From Kiritimatiellia bacterium (GTDB taxonomy: Bacteria; Verrucomicrobiota; Kiritimatiellia; CAIVKH01), in NCBI GenBank assembly GCA_025054615.1, contig JANWZO010000001.1:143499-207498 (forward strand): 64,000 nucleotides of DNA, given 5' to 3'. Shown one piece after another: positions 1 to 8,904 of the stretch. The first letter of the stretch is position 1, and each line of letters begins with the position of its first letter. The translations under genes were made by a program, and so were the position numbers. The notes under the pieces are model-generated. The model saw nothing but the letters and a program-made list of their open reading frames with translations. It searched no databases and had not been told where the DNA came from.

Positions 1-416
1 ATGGGGCGCTCTTTGAGGCGCACTCCCGGCACATGGTGATCATCAAGGACATCGAGATTTACAGTCTCTGCGAACACCACCTTTTGCCGTTTTTCGGCCG
101 ATGCCACATTGGATACATTCCGCGAGACAAGGTAATCGGCGTCAGCAAACTCGCTCGTCTTGCCGACATGTTTGCGCGCCGCCTTCAGATCCAGGAGCGG
201 TTAACACAGCAAATCGCCAACGCGATCATGGACGTGTTGAAGCCCCTCGGGGTCGGGGTGGTCATCGAGGCGCAGCACTTGTGCATGATGATGCGCGGAG
301 TGGAAAAGCAGAACTCCTTCATGATCACCTCCGCCGTTCTTGGCTGTTTTCAGGATTCGCTGCCGACGCGAACGGAATTCTTCAATCTTCTCGGGCGACC
401 GTCGCTCCACGGCTAG
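1..416 (+). CDS. folE: GTP cyclohydrolase I (FolE), 5' end truncated by the window edge
   Basis: The frame is open from window position 3. The translation ...[40 protein letters not shown]...QERLTQQIA matches the conserved FolE catalytic core (CEHH, LSKL, QERLT). Confidence 0.9.
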   Translation, partial: GALFEAHSRHMVIIKDIEIYSLCEHHLLPFFGRCHIGYIPRDKVIGVSKLARLADMFARRLQIQERLTQQIANAIMDVLKPLGVGVVIEAQHLCMMMRGVEKQNSFMITSAVLGCFQDSLPTRTEFFNLLGRPSLHG

Positions 417-450
417 CCCATCACCGCATTCCAACTTGCGGGATTTTTGA

Positions 451-1110
451 TCAGGAGGCGGCGCGGACCGCAGCCAGCGCGGCCCTCGCATTCTGGATTG
501 CCAACACGGACCGCTCGGCTTGAACCAGTAGATCGACCGAGTCGCGGAGATGTTCCGCCAGAGACAGAAGCCGATCATTTTCTGAACGCATCTCGAGAAG
601 TTCCTGCTTGCGCAACAGGGAGAGGGCGGAGGTGGGCATGACCCGGAACGACAGGGTTGCGAGTCCACTGTATTCTGACTCTGGCGGCTCTGAGCCGGTC
701 GCCAGCGCGATCAGACGGCGGTGTAAGTAAAATACTTGATTGGCGACCGATTCATCCCATTCGGTCGAGAGATCCTCATACGGGGCGATGAGCGCTGTCG
801 GATACGGCACGGGCTCGTCGGCCGGCTCGATCGCGCAGCGCTGTTTCCCAATGGCAATCAAATCCATTCGCCCATCGTCATAGGTGCGTAGCAGGGTCGC
901 GATACGCATCACGCAGCCCACTTTTCGCCAATCGCTTCCATCTGAGCAAACGATGACAAATTCGCCTGGCAGCCCTTCGGATTCCCTGGCGCGACAATGC
1001 GCGATCATGGATTTGTAGCGCGGCTCAAATATGTGCAGCGGAACGGCCTCGCCGGGACAGACCGCGAGTGAAAGAGGAAATGCGGGCAGAATGCGCTCCG
1101 ACTGTACCAT
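451..1110 (-). CDS. Lon N-terminal (LON substrate-binding) domain protein, no ATPase/protease domain
   Basis: 219 aa with LPAFPLSLAVCPGEAVPLHIFEPRYKSMI, the typical Lon-N motif of stand-alone LON-domain proteins. Confidence 0.7.
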   Translation of the reverse strand: MVQSERILPAFPLSLAVCPGEAVPLHIFEPRYKSMIAHCRARESEGLPGEFVIVCSDGSDWRKVGCVMRIATLLRTYDDGRMDLIAIGKQRCAIEPADEPVPYPTALIAPYEDLSTEWDESVANQVFYLHRRLIALATGSEPPESEYSGLATLSFRVMPTSALSLLRKQELLEMRSENDRLLSLAEHLRDSVDLLVQAERSVLAIQNARAALAAVRAAS

Positions 1111-1142
1111 GCTGAAGACTTTTCGCCTGCTTTGCTCCCGCC

Positions 1143-2318
1143 TTACAGCGAGCCGCCGGCCACATGCAGATCAGCGGAAGGTCGCACGACCACCGGGCAG
1201 CCGACGGCTACCATTTCCAGCAATTTTCTTGCGTTCCAGTTGGCAAGGCGGAAGCAGCCATGCGACTCGGTCTTGCCGATCTCTTCTGGAAAGGGCGTGC
1301 CGTGGATTCCGTAGCCGGGCCGGTCCAGGCCGAGCCATACGACGCCGACCGGATTGTTGGGTCCTGGCGGAAGGACCAGACGCCGGTCAATGCCCGCCGC
1401 GAGCGGATCATCGGCGAATAGCTGCGGATCAAATGTGTAATTCGGCATTTCGGCAGCGTTGATGATTTGCAGCTCGCCGACCGGCCGCTTTTCCGCGCGC
1501 TTCCCGATCGAACAGGGGAACCGGGCAATCAATCGATTTTCGGCGTCGTAGACGCGCAGGACCTTCTCCGACAACACAATTTCTACGCGTGATCCGGTGG
1601 CACGCTTGTAGGGGCGAACCTTGGGCACGCGGATGATCGTTCCGGCGGGCGGATTTGGCCAGTCAAGGCCAGGGTTCAGCTCCCGAATGAACCGCTCGCT
1701 GGCGTGATAACGCTCCGCGATAAGCTCCAGGATGGTCTCATGTCCGTGCAGATCGAGGGCGGCTCGCGCCCGCCAATCCCGCGGAAACGGGCGCAGAATT
1801 GAATAATCCGCATAGGACACCGTGTGCTGCCCAAAGGCCTCCTCATCCGGCGGCGCACGGCGGAGGATCTCCTGATCGATCTCTCCTGTGATCGGAAGTC
1901 CGGAGGCGCGCAGCCATTCGCGAAGGGCGGCGCGGGAATTCGGACCCCATCGTCCGTCGATCGCGCCCGGTGAAAAATTGTCCCGGTCCAGCATGATTTG
2001 GACCCGCGCCACATCGAGGGGCGAAAGGACAGGTGGCGGAGCGACATCCGCCGGTCCGGGCGGAGGCGGGCCCGGCTCGAAGGGTGAGGGCGGACGGGCA
2101 AATGCGAGAGGCGGGACTTCGAGTTGCGGCGCCGCAATGGCCGACTCTGCTGCAGGCGGCGGCATTGCTTCTCGGATCGGCGCATCTTCCGCCGGCGGCA
2201 CGTTAGCAGGAAGGGAAGGCGTGCCCGCAGGCGCACCAGCGCGCTGGAAAGCGGCGCAACCGACTCCGCAAAACGTGGCCACCACTGCCAACGTCAAAAT
2301 CCCCGCGAAACGAACCAT
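1143..2318 (-). CDS. L,D-transpeptidase with a peptidoglycan-binding domain and a proline-rich linker
   Basis: YkuD catalytic motif HGTPFPEEIGKTESHGCFRL. PG_binding_1-like segment RVQIMLDRDNFSPGAIDGRWGPNSRAALREWL. Signal/TM MVRFAGILTLAVVATFCG. The track ORF extends to 2384 using an upstream alternative start. Confidence 0.8.
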   Translation of the reverse strand: MVRFAGILTLAVVATFCGVGCAAFQRAGAPAGTPSLPANVPPAEDAPIREAMPPPAAESAIAAPQLEVPPLAFARPPSPFEPGPPPPGPADVAPPPVLSPLDVARVQIMLDRDNFSPGAIDGRWGPNSRAALREWLRASGLPITGEIDQEILRRAPPDEEAFGQHTVSYADYSILRPFPRDWRARAALDLHGHETILELIAERYHASERFIRELNPGLDWPNPPAGTIIRVPKVRPYKRATGSRVEIVLSEKVLRVYDAENRLIARFPCSIGKRAEKRPVGELQIINAAEMPNYTFDPQLFADDPLAAGIDRRLVLPPGPNNPVGVVWLGLDRPGYGIHGTPFPEEIGKTESHGCFRLANWNARKLLEMVAVGCPVVVRPSADLHVAGGSL

Positions 2319-2365
2319 ATTCCACTGCCAATGCGCGCCATACAAGGCGGGCGGTTTTCGTTTGT

Positions 2366-5053
2366 TCAGTAATCCCTGCGCCATTTGAGTCCGATGCTTT
2401 CCCGCATTCGTGGGCTGCTTTCCGTCGTTAATATAAGCGACGGAGTCAATTCCACTTCTACTGTAATCAGATCGGCCGCCCCGTTGAAACTTTTCTCGCC
2501 CCCCACATAAATGTGCCGGCCAACGTATTTCCCCACGCTGATGGCCGAAATCGCGTCGCTTGATTCGCTCTGCACCAGCTCCAACTGGTCGACGCGCAGC
2601 GCAGACTGTCCCCTCTCCAACACATCCAAGGTCCCACCGCGGCCGCGGAGCACATTAAGACCGTGCGCCAGGCGGACTGCCTGAAGCGGCGAAATGGCGT
2701 CCGTCGAACGCGCAAAGAGCAGCCGTGAGAGAATCTCCTCCACGGGATAAGGGGGATCCGATTCAAGATTCAATTCCGGCGACTCCACCGGGCCCACAGC
2801 ATAGAGGCGCGCGAACATGTCGCCTGCCCGACTCACCGCAGCGACATCCAAATAAGGGTCCGGCGGATGGCGCCCATCGAGGGAAATCACGGCCCTCTCC
2901 AAAGAAAATCGGCGGCCCATGAACAGGAAAAAGCCCCGTTCGACCGTCGCCGCCCCTCGGATTTGCGGGGCGTCTGCGGTGCCACCCAGCGTCAAGTCGG
3001 CGCGCCACGTGGAATCCAGACCACGACCTTGCACGCGGATCCCCTCTCCTTGAAGCGCTAGGTCGAGCCGAATCGAGGACAGAAGGCCTGAAGGCATAGT
3101 CGAGCGTTCCGCAGAAAGGCCGTCTTCAACGATGGGCAACCGTGCCAAGGGCGGCGGGCTTGGTTTCAAACGGATATCTGCCTCTGCGATCCGCAACAGG
3201 CCAGTTACGACAGGTGAAAGCGCCGAGCCCTTCGCAAACAGCCTGCCATCCACGCGAACAAGGCTTCCATGGTTTTTCCACACGAGGATTCGCGAAATGG
3301 AGGCTTCAGCATCGATCGGAAAGCCGTCTGCGCCCGACAGCAGGATGCTGCCCTCCATGGATAAGCGCCCCCCCGTGCCATCAACGGCGACAAATCGGCG
3401 AATTTCAAGCCCGTCGCGATTTCCCTCGAGGTCGATTTCGATGTCCTTCAGTTCGGTTCCGCTGTCCGCAAAGGATATGCGGCCTCCTCGAAGAGTAGCG
3501 CTTCCAGCGATGGCGGGGCGAGGCCAGCCGCCGGAAACCCTCAAATCGGCCGTCACCAGTCCGGCCAGTTCTGTCCCGCGCAAATCCGCAAACCTTCCGA
3601 TCTCTTCAAGGCGCATCGCCATCTGGAGTCGGCCGGAGAGCGGATTTTCCGGATCTGGTTCAAACAGTCCCCCCGCGGTCCGCCGCATGGGCACTTCCAT
3701 AGCCAGGGTGATTGGCCGCTCCGTCCAACCATGCCATTCCGCTGTCGCCAAAGCCACGACGCCGGACATGGACGCGTTCACTCGTGCCGACGCCGGTTTC
3801 GGTTGAAATTCGCCGAACGATCTCAACTGAATTCCGTCTGCCTGAACATCCAAACGCACCACAGGACTGCTGACGGAGCCAGTCCATCGCCCGTTAGCCC
3901 GGCACGCGCCCTGAACGAACCAGGCCGAGAGCGGAGTCGAGCCGATGTCCGGTGCCGACGCCGAAAATTCGGCCTCGATCCCATCTCGGGTCCAGGTTCC
4001 GGACGATTCCGCCTGCAGCCCCTGCCATGATGCCCCCTGCACATCCCAGGTCCATCCGCCCTGGCTGAAGCCAAGAATCGTTCGTCCCGTGATGGTCAGC
4101 TCTGCTCCGAGAAATTCTGCAGAAGCATGGTGAATTCGTGCGACAAACCCGGTGATCATGTCACCCCGCACGGTGGCGCGAATGATTGAATTGGAAAGCG
4201 AGCCGACTTGAATGCCCTCACCCTCCACCTCCGCTTCCACCATCCAAGACTCCTTGCGAAAGATCCGGCCCGAGATTCGACCTTCTGCACCGGCCAGCTC
4301 ATCTGCAAGGGTCGCAACCAAAGGCGATCCTGAGATCGCGATGTCGGCATCGAGACCGCGCTCCGTTCCCCACTCGCCCCACAATTCCAGCGACAGGCCG
4401 GTCGCCGTCGCATGAACGCGATCCAAAACCACACGGCCGCGGCCGCCCCGCGCAAACGCGCGGAGGCTGATCTCTTCGCCTCGCCAAACAGCTAGGCCTT
4501 CCGCCTCGAGGTCCCATCGCCCCGCTGAATAAGCGCCCCGACCTTTCGTAGAGAAGTCAATCCGTTCGCCCATCGCGCGGGCAGACACCATGCCCTCACG
4601 GATTTCTGCGTCTTCAATGCGAATCTCCCAACCGCCAAGCCATTCAGACCCAGCATTGTCTTCATCTCCCCCATCGCGCGAGAGAGGGCGCCGGATCAGA
4701 ATAAAACGGTTTGCGGCGAGCTGATCGAAGTGGAGCGCGCGAATAGCGAGCAGCCAGGGATCGATTTTCCACTCCACATCGCGGGCCTCCATCCAAGCGC
4801 CACCGGCATCGACCAAAACCAGCTCTCGGAGACATCCCTCGAAAGGAAGACGTCCGGAAAGGCCACGAATCACCGCCACCCCCTTGACCCTGCCTGAGAT
4901 CCATGCCTCAAGCCGGCCGTGTCCAAAATCTGTTCGAAACAACAGATAAAATCCCGCCACAAGTCCGACGACCAAAAAGACAATTGACGCCAGCCACGCG
5001 ACGAGCGCAACGCGAACGCATCGAAGCAGAGGATTCCCTGGGTGTCGACGCAT
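2366..5053 (-). CDS. tamB: Translocation and assembly module subunit TamB (DUF490 family)
   Basis: 895 aa. N-terminal membrane anchor VALVAWLASIVFLVVGLVAGFYLLF. The C-terminus ...KYVGRHIYVGGEKSFNGAADLITVEVELTPSLILTTESS...GLKWRRDY is typical of DUF490. It lies immediately downstream of an Omp85-family gene with a 1-nt overlap (TGATG). Confidence 0.8.
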   Translation of the reverse strand: MRRHPGNPLLRCVRVALVAWLASIVFLVVGLVAGFYLLFRTDFGHGRLEAWISGRVKGVAVIRGLSGRLPFEGCLRELVLVDAGGAWMEARDVEWKIDPWLLAIRALHFDQLAANRFILIRRPLSRDGGDEDNAGSEWLGGWEIRIEDAEIREGMVSARAMGERIDFSTKGRGAYSAGRWDLEAEGLAVWRGEEISLRAFARGGRGRVVLDRVHATATGLSLELWGEWGTERGLDADIAISGSPLVATLADELAGAEGRISGRIFRKESWMVEAEVEGEGIQVGSLSNSIIRATVRGDMITGFVARIHHASAEFLGAELTITGRTILGFSQGGWTWDVQGASWQGLQAESSGTWTRDGIEAEFSASAPDIGSTPLSAWFVQGACRANGRWTGSVSSPVVRLDVQADGIQLRSFGEFQPKPASARVNASMSGVVALATAEWHGWTERPITLAMEVPMRRTAGGLFEPDPENPLSGRLQMAMRLEEIGRFADLRGTELAGLVTADLRVSGGWPRPAIAGSATLRGGRISFADSGTELKDIEIDLEGNRDGLEIRRFVAVDGTGGRLSMEGSILLSGADGFPIDAEASISRILVWKNHGSLVRVDGRLFAKGSALSPVVTGLLRIAEADIRLKPSPPPLARLPIVEDGLSAERSTMPSGLLSSIRLDLALQGEGIRVQGRGLDSTWRADLTLGGTADAPQIRGAATVERGFFLFMGRRFSLERAVISLDGRHPPDPYLDVAAVSRAGDMFARLYAVGPVESPELNLESDPPYPVEEILSRLLFARSTDAISPLQAVRLAHGLNVLRGRGGTLDVLERGQSALRVDQLELVQSESSDAISAISVGKYVGRHIYVGGEKSFNGAADLITVEVELTPSLILTTESSPRMRESIGLKWRRDY

Positions 5054-6816
5054 CAGAAGGCCTGCCCCAGACTCAGATAGAACTGGAAAGGTTTGTCGAT
5101 CCCTTCCCGCCGTTGCAAGGGAAACGCCACGTCCGCTCGCAAGGGTCCCACAGGTGTGAAATAGCGGACCCCGATCCCAGCCCCCCAGCGAAATGCCTCA
5201 TCGAAATCGGGGATAGGATGCTCATAGGCCGTTCCGCCGTCGAGAAACACAACGCCCCCGAATTGTTCATGCAACTGCGCCCGGACCTCGGCGGAAACTT
5301 CCAGCACCGACCGGCCCCCGACGGGTTTCCCATCCTGCAGCGGGCCCAACGATTGGAAGGCATAACCGCGCACGGAACCTCCGCCTCCGGCGTAAAAGCG
5401 TTCGTCGGCGGGAATGCGCGCCGAAGCCGCGCCCACAATGGATCCGGCGAGGGCGCGGCCGGCGAACACCCAGGACCGGTCCCGAACGAGGGGCTGGTAG
5501 CGGTGGACGGCCGCGGAGGACTTGAAGAAACCGCGATTTTTCCGCTCCAGATCAAAAAAAGGCTCCGCTGCGGCAAACAGCCGGAAGCCGCTCCTCGGGT
5601 CCAGCACGAAGCGGCTTGTGTTCCATTCCATACTCGCGGGGACGGACGCGAACACGTAATTTTCCTCCTCATCGAACTGGCCCACCTCGCTGAGTCGGAA
5701 GGCCAAACCACTGCGAATCCAAAGGCGCTGCCGCCACTCCCGCTCCAGCTCCGCCGCTGCGCGTGCGTTGCGACTCCCGAACGCCTCGGTTTCCTCCTCT
5801 GCCGCACGGGCCGACAGAACCAGGCGCTGTCGCGGCCGCAGAAACTGCAAGAGAGCCAGCCGGCCTTCTGCCGCGACCACGCGTTCGCCCAGATCCGCTG
5901 CCAACCGGAGGCGCTCGGCCCGGCCCTCGAGATTTCGATGCTCCCATTCGAAGCGGCTTCGGGCGCCTTCGTCCGTCGAGTAATGTACTCCGGCCTCAAT
6001 CGTGCGCGGACGCCGTTCCCGAATGGCCAGCACGAGCGGAAGCCGTCCGCTTTCATCGACCTGTTCTGCATGGGTTAGCGATACGGATGAAAACAGGCCC
6101 AGTCTGACCAGGCGCGTGCGGATCTCCTCGAGGCAGACCGGATCATACGGGGCGCCCGGCTCCAAACCCACTTCCGCTCGCACGAACGATTCACTCAAAC
6201 GGACAAGTCCCGTGATGCTCAGCTCGCCCCAGTAGGCTTTGGGGCCAGGATCCAGTTTCAACCGAACACGAAGGAGGGCCTTCTCGTGGTCGGGTTCATA
6301 GATTCGGCGTTTGAAGGCGGCAAAGGGATGGCCACGCCCGCGAACCCATTCCAGCCAAATTCGCTCCGCAGCCAACAGCGCATCAGCACGCGCAGGCATT
6401 CCGGTTGCCCATCCCATCTCACGGGGCGGTCGCGCGAGCGACGCATCCGGCACTTCAAGCGCTACGCTTCCAAGCCGGTATCGTGGTCCGGCGCGAATTT
6501 GGAATACAACTCTCCGCGGGGTGGACGATTCGAGTGCAACCTCGGCTTGTGCGCCGTAATAACCGGCAGAACGGAGGACATCCCGCAGCGCGGGAAGGTC
6601 CTGACGTGCGCGCCAGAGTAACAGTCCGTCTGTCGGCGGAGGTCGGTCCCGGAGTTGATAGGTCTCGCTGTGGGCACGGAGGATCCTGAGCAGACCCCGT
6701 TCCGGAACACCGTCGAACCGAACCTGATAGGGCGTCGATTCCCCGGCGAGGCAGACGGCGCCGAACCAGATGGTTAGCGCGCATCCCAACGACGAAAACT
6801 CAATTTTCCGCCGCAC
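5053..6816 (-). CDS. tamA: Omp85-family outer membrane protein TamA (POTRA + bacterial surface antigen barrel)
   Basis: 587 aa with a signal peptide, POTRA-like repeats and a C-terminal surface-antigen barrel ending ...FQFYLSLGQAF (terminal aromatic). GTG start. Operon with tamB. Confidence 0.75.
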   Translation of the reverse strand: MRRKIEFSSLGCALTIWFGAVCLAGESTPYQVRFDGVPERGLLRILRAHSETYQLRDRPPPTDGLLLWRARQDLPALRDVLRSAGYYGAQAEVALESSTPRRVVFQIRAGPRYRLGSVALEVPDASLARPPREMGWATGMPARADALLAAERIWLEWVRGRGHPFAAFKRRIYEPDHEKALLRVRLKLDPGPKAYWGELSITGLVRLSESFVRAEVGLEPGAPYDPVCLEEIRTRLVRLGLFSSVSLTHAEQVDESGRLPLVLAIRERRPRTIEAGVHYSTDEGARSRFEWEHRNLEGRAERLRLAADLGERVVAAEGRLALLQFLRPRQRLVLSARAAEEETEAFGSRNARAAAELEREWRQRLWIRSGLAFRLSEVGQFDEEENYVFASVPASMEWNTSRFVLDPRSGFRLFAAAEPFFDLERKNRGFFKSSAAVHRYQPLVRDRSWVFAGRALAGSIVGAASARIPADERFYAGGGGSVRGYAFQSLGPLQDGKPVGGRSVLEVSAEVRAQLHEQFGGVVFLDGGTAYEHPIPDFDEAFRWGAGIGVRYFTPVGPLRADVAFPLQRREGIDKPFQFYLSLGQAF

Positions 6817-6916
6817 GAGAAAACGTTATCGCGGCTCGCCATCATTACGAAAAGTCGATTTGCAGCGGAAATGACTTTCTCCGAAGGCGATAACAGCGGT
6901 ATGCTGCCTTATCATC

Positions 6917-7336
6917 ATGCGGTGGTTGGCACGGTTGTTAGGGCGAAGTCCCCGCCATTTGAAAGCCGGGAAATGGGGAGAATCGGTCGCGGCCCGCCTG
7001 CTGCGCAAGAAGGGCTATCGCATCGTCGCCCGTCGTTTGATCATCCAGCGAGCGGAAATTGACCTGATCGCCAAGCGAGATGGAACGCTCGTTTTTGTCG
7101 AGGTCAAAACCCGAGCAGAAGAGCGGTTCGGGCGGCCGGCCTCTGCGGTCGGGCGACTGAAAAAGCGCCGAATCACCCGCGCAGCTCTTGAGTACCTAAG
7201 ACATCTTCGCAGCCGACCGGATTACGTAAGGTTCGACATCATAGAAGTGATTGGTCGACCGGACGGAGGCCACCCGGTGGCGCGGCATGTCGAAAATGCG
7301 TTCACTCTCTCGGCAGGTGCGCGGCTGCCATGGTAG
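6917..7336 (+). CDS. yraN: YraN family (UPF0102) endonuclease-like protein
   Basis: GESVAARLLRKKGYRIVARRL...AEIDLIAKRDGTLVFVEVKTR...RFDIIEV matches the conserved YraN architecture. The exact start is uncertain. Confidence 0.7.
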   Translation: MRWLARLLGRSPRHLKAGKWGESVAARLLRKKGYRIVARRLIIQRAEIDLIAKRDGTLVFVEVKTRAEERFGRPASAVGRLKKRRITRAALEYLRHLRSRPDYVRFDIIEVIGRPDGGHPVARHVENAFTLSAGARLPW

Positions 7337-8364
7337 ATCGGACGCTTGCGGCGATGCTGGGAGAGGCGTTCGTCGCGGCGGCAGTCATGGCCCAGCCTGC
7401 CGACTGGGAGTCGCTTTGGGAACGCGGCTTGGATGAGGCCGACCGGCATCTCTCGGCATTTGGGTACGAGATTGACCGCGATGCATTTAGGCGAATTCCC
7501 AACGCATTTGAACTTGGGGAATTTCTCTCCGGCGTCGAGGAACGCCTCGATGCCGGATCGCTGGAAGACCTCGCGTGGATTCGCCCCGAAGTTGAGGCTG
7601 CGACCTCATGGTTGGAGGGGTTCCCCGAAATGCAGCCCTACGTCAGCCGTCTGCGGCAAATTTTGGACTATTTGTTTGTCGCAGAAGTCGCATTGGGGGG
7701 TCCTCCGCGCGAACTTCCCACACCGCAGCCGCGTCCGAAAACACCGCCGCTTCTGCGGTTACCCGAGCCGCCCCGTCGCCTCGACGAGGCGACTCGTCGC
7801 CAGGCCGAGCAGCGAGCGAGATCACCTGAAATCTGGCGCGCACGTCTGGCAGGGCGGAAGCCGCCTCCGCGGGCAGCCGAACTCGTACCGTCTTTGAAGA
7901 AAATTTTTGAACAGGAAGGGCTGCCGGCGGCTCTGGTTTGGATTGCCGAAGTTGAATCGGGATTCGACCCGAGGGCGCGCAGTCCCGCGGGAGCCGTCGG
8001 CCTGTTCCAATTCATGCCCGTCACTGCGCGACGATTTGGCCTGAATACCGACCCACCGGACGACCGCTTCCATCCCGCCCGAAGCGCGAAGGCCGCGGCC
8101 GCCTACCTTAGGGAGTTGCACCGCCGATTCGGCTCGTGGCCCCTTGCGGTGGCCGGTTACAACGCCGGTGAGGGGCGCGTCCTGAAAGCCTTGCGCGCCC
8201 GAAATGGAGCAACCGGCTTCGACGAAATCGCCGATCTTCTGCCGCTGGAAACCCAGATGTATGTGCCAAAAGTTAGAGCGGTGATCGACTTGCGGGAAGG
8301 TTTGGACTTGGTAAACCTCCCAGGGCCACGCCCGAAATCGGCCCATCCACGAAACGGCATTTGA
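7330..8364 (+). CDS. Lytic transglycosylase (SLT domain)
   Basis: SLT catalytic region LVWIAEVESGFDPRARSPAGAVGLFQFMPVTARRFGL...AGYNAGEGRV. Confidence 0.85.
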   Translation: MVDRTLAAMLGEAFVAAAVMAQPADWESLWERGLDEADRHLSAFGYEIDRDAFRRIPNAFELGEFLSGVEERLDAGSLEDLAWIRPEVEAATSWLEGFPEMQPYVSRLRQILDYLFVAEVALGGPPRELPTPQPRPKTPPLLRLPEPPRRLDEATRRQAEQRARSPEIWRARLAGRKPPPRAAELVPSLKKIFEQEGLPAALVWIAEVESGFDPRARSPAGAVGLFQFMPVTARRFGLNTDPPDDRFHPARSAKAAAAYLRELHRRFGSWPLAVAGYNAGEGRVLKALRARNGATGFDEIADLLPLETQMYVPKVRAVIDLREGLDLVNLPGPRPKSAHPRNGI

Positions 8365-8427
8365 CCGTGATCCTTGCCGATCGGGCCGAATTCGGGCCGT
8401 TCGGCCGCACAGTAATTGGTTGTCGAT

Positions 8428-8904
8428 TCATGGAGCAGCGAGATACCAGCGATAAATCAGATGATTCGCGGCCAGCGCGTACAGGGAAGCAAACACATCG
8501 TCGGCGACTATCCCGAGTCCACCGCTAAGCCTCTGTAGACGAAAGGCCGGCCAGAGTTTGACGATGTCGAAAAACCGATGCGTGACGAAGGCAATCCCCA
8601 TCATGGTCCAGCCCTCCGGCTGGCCCGCGACCGGCAATCCGATTAGGCAGATGGGATAGGTCAGGTATTCATCCGCCACACAGGGTTTGGGGTCTTTCAC
8701 ACGCAATTTGTTTTCGACGGCCTGGCAAACGGGTATGGCGATGAGGGCGAAGAGCAGAGCCGCCATCACCTGACCCTCGATGCCGAAGGTGGAGTTGACC
8801 CACCACGCAAGGGGAAGGCCCAATAGGGATCCGACCGTACCGGGCGCCAGGGGAAAATAGCCGAGGCCGAATCCTGCGCCGATCCAGGCAAGCAAAGCTT
8901 TCAT
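8428..8904 (-). CDS. pgpA: Phosphatidylglycerophosphatase A
   Basis: 158 aa with GFGLGYFPLAPGTVGSLLGLPLA, DEY and DDVFASLYA motifs characteristic of PgpA. Confidence 0.85.
   Translation of the reverse strand: MKALLAWIGAGFGLGYFPLAPGTVGSLLGLPLAWWVNSTFGIEGQVMAALLFALIAIPVCQAVENKLRVKDPKPCVADEYLTYPICLIGLPVAGQPEGWTMMGIAFVTHRFFDIVKLWPAFRLQRLSGGLGIVADDVFASLYALAANHLIYRWYLAAP

Noticed and set aside
4903-6078. 391-aa plus-strand ORF (and a 332-aa minus-frame ORF at 5073-6071) overlapping tamA
   Set aside because: These are antisense or alternate-frame ORFs inside a well-supported Omp85 gene. Their Arg/Pro/Gly-rich, low-complexity composition is typical of spurious ORFs in high-GC DNA.
8365-8427. Convergent-gene spacer between the SLT gene and pgpA with a GGCCGttCGGCC hairpin and a CCGAATTCGG palindrome
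   Set aside because: The stems are only 5 bp and no U or A tracts follow. This is too weak to call a terminator.
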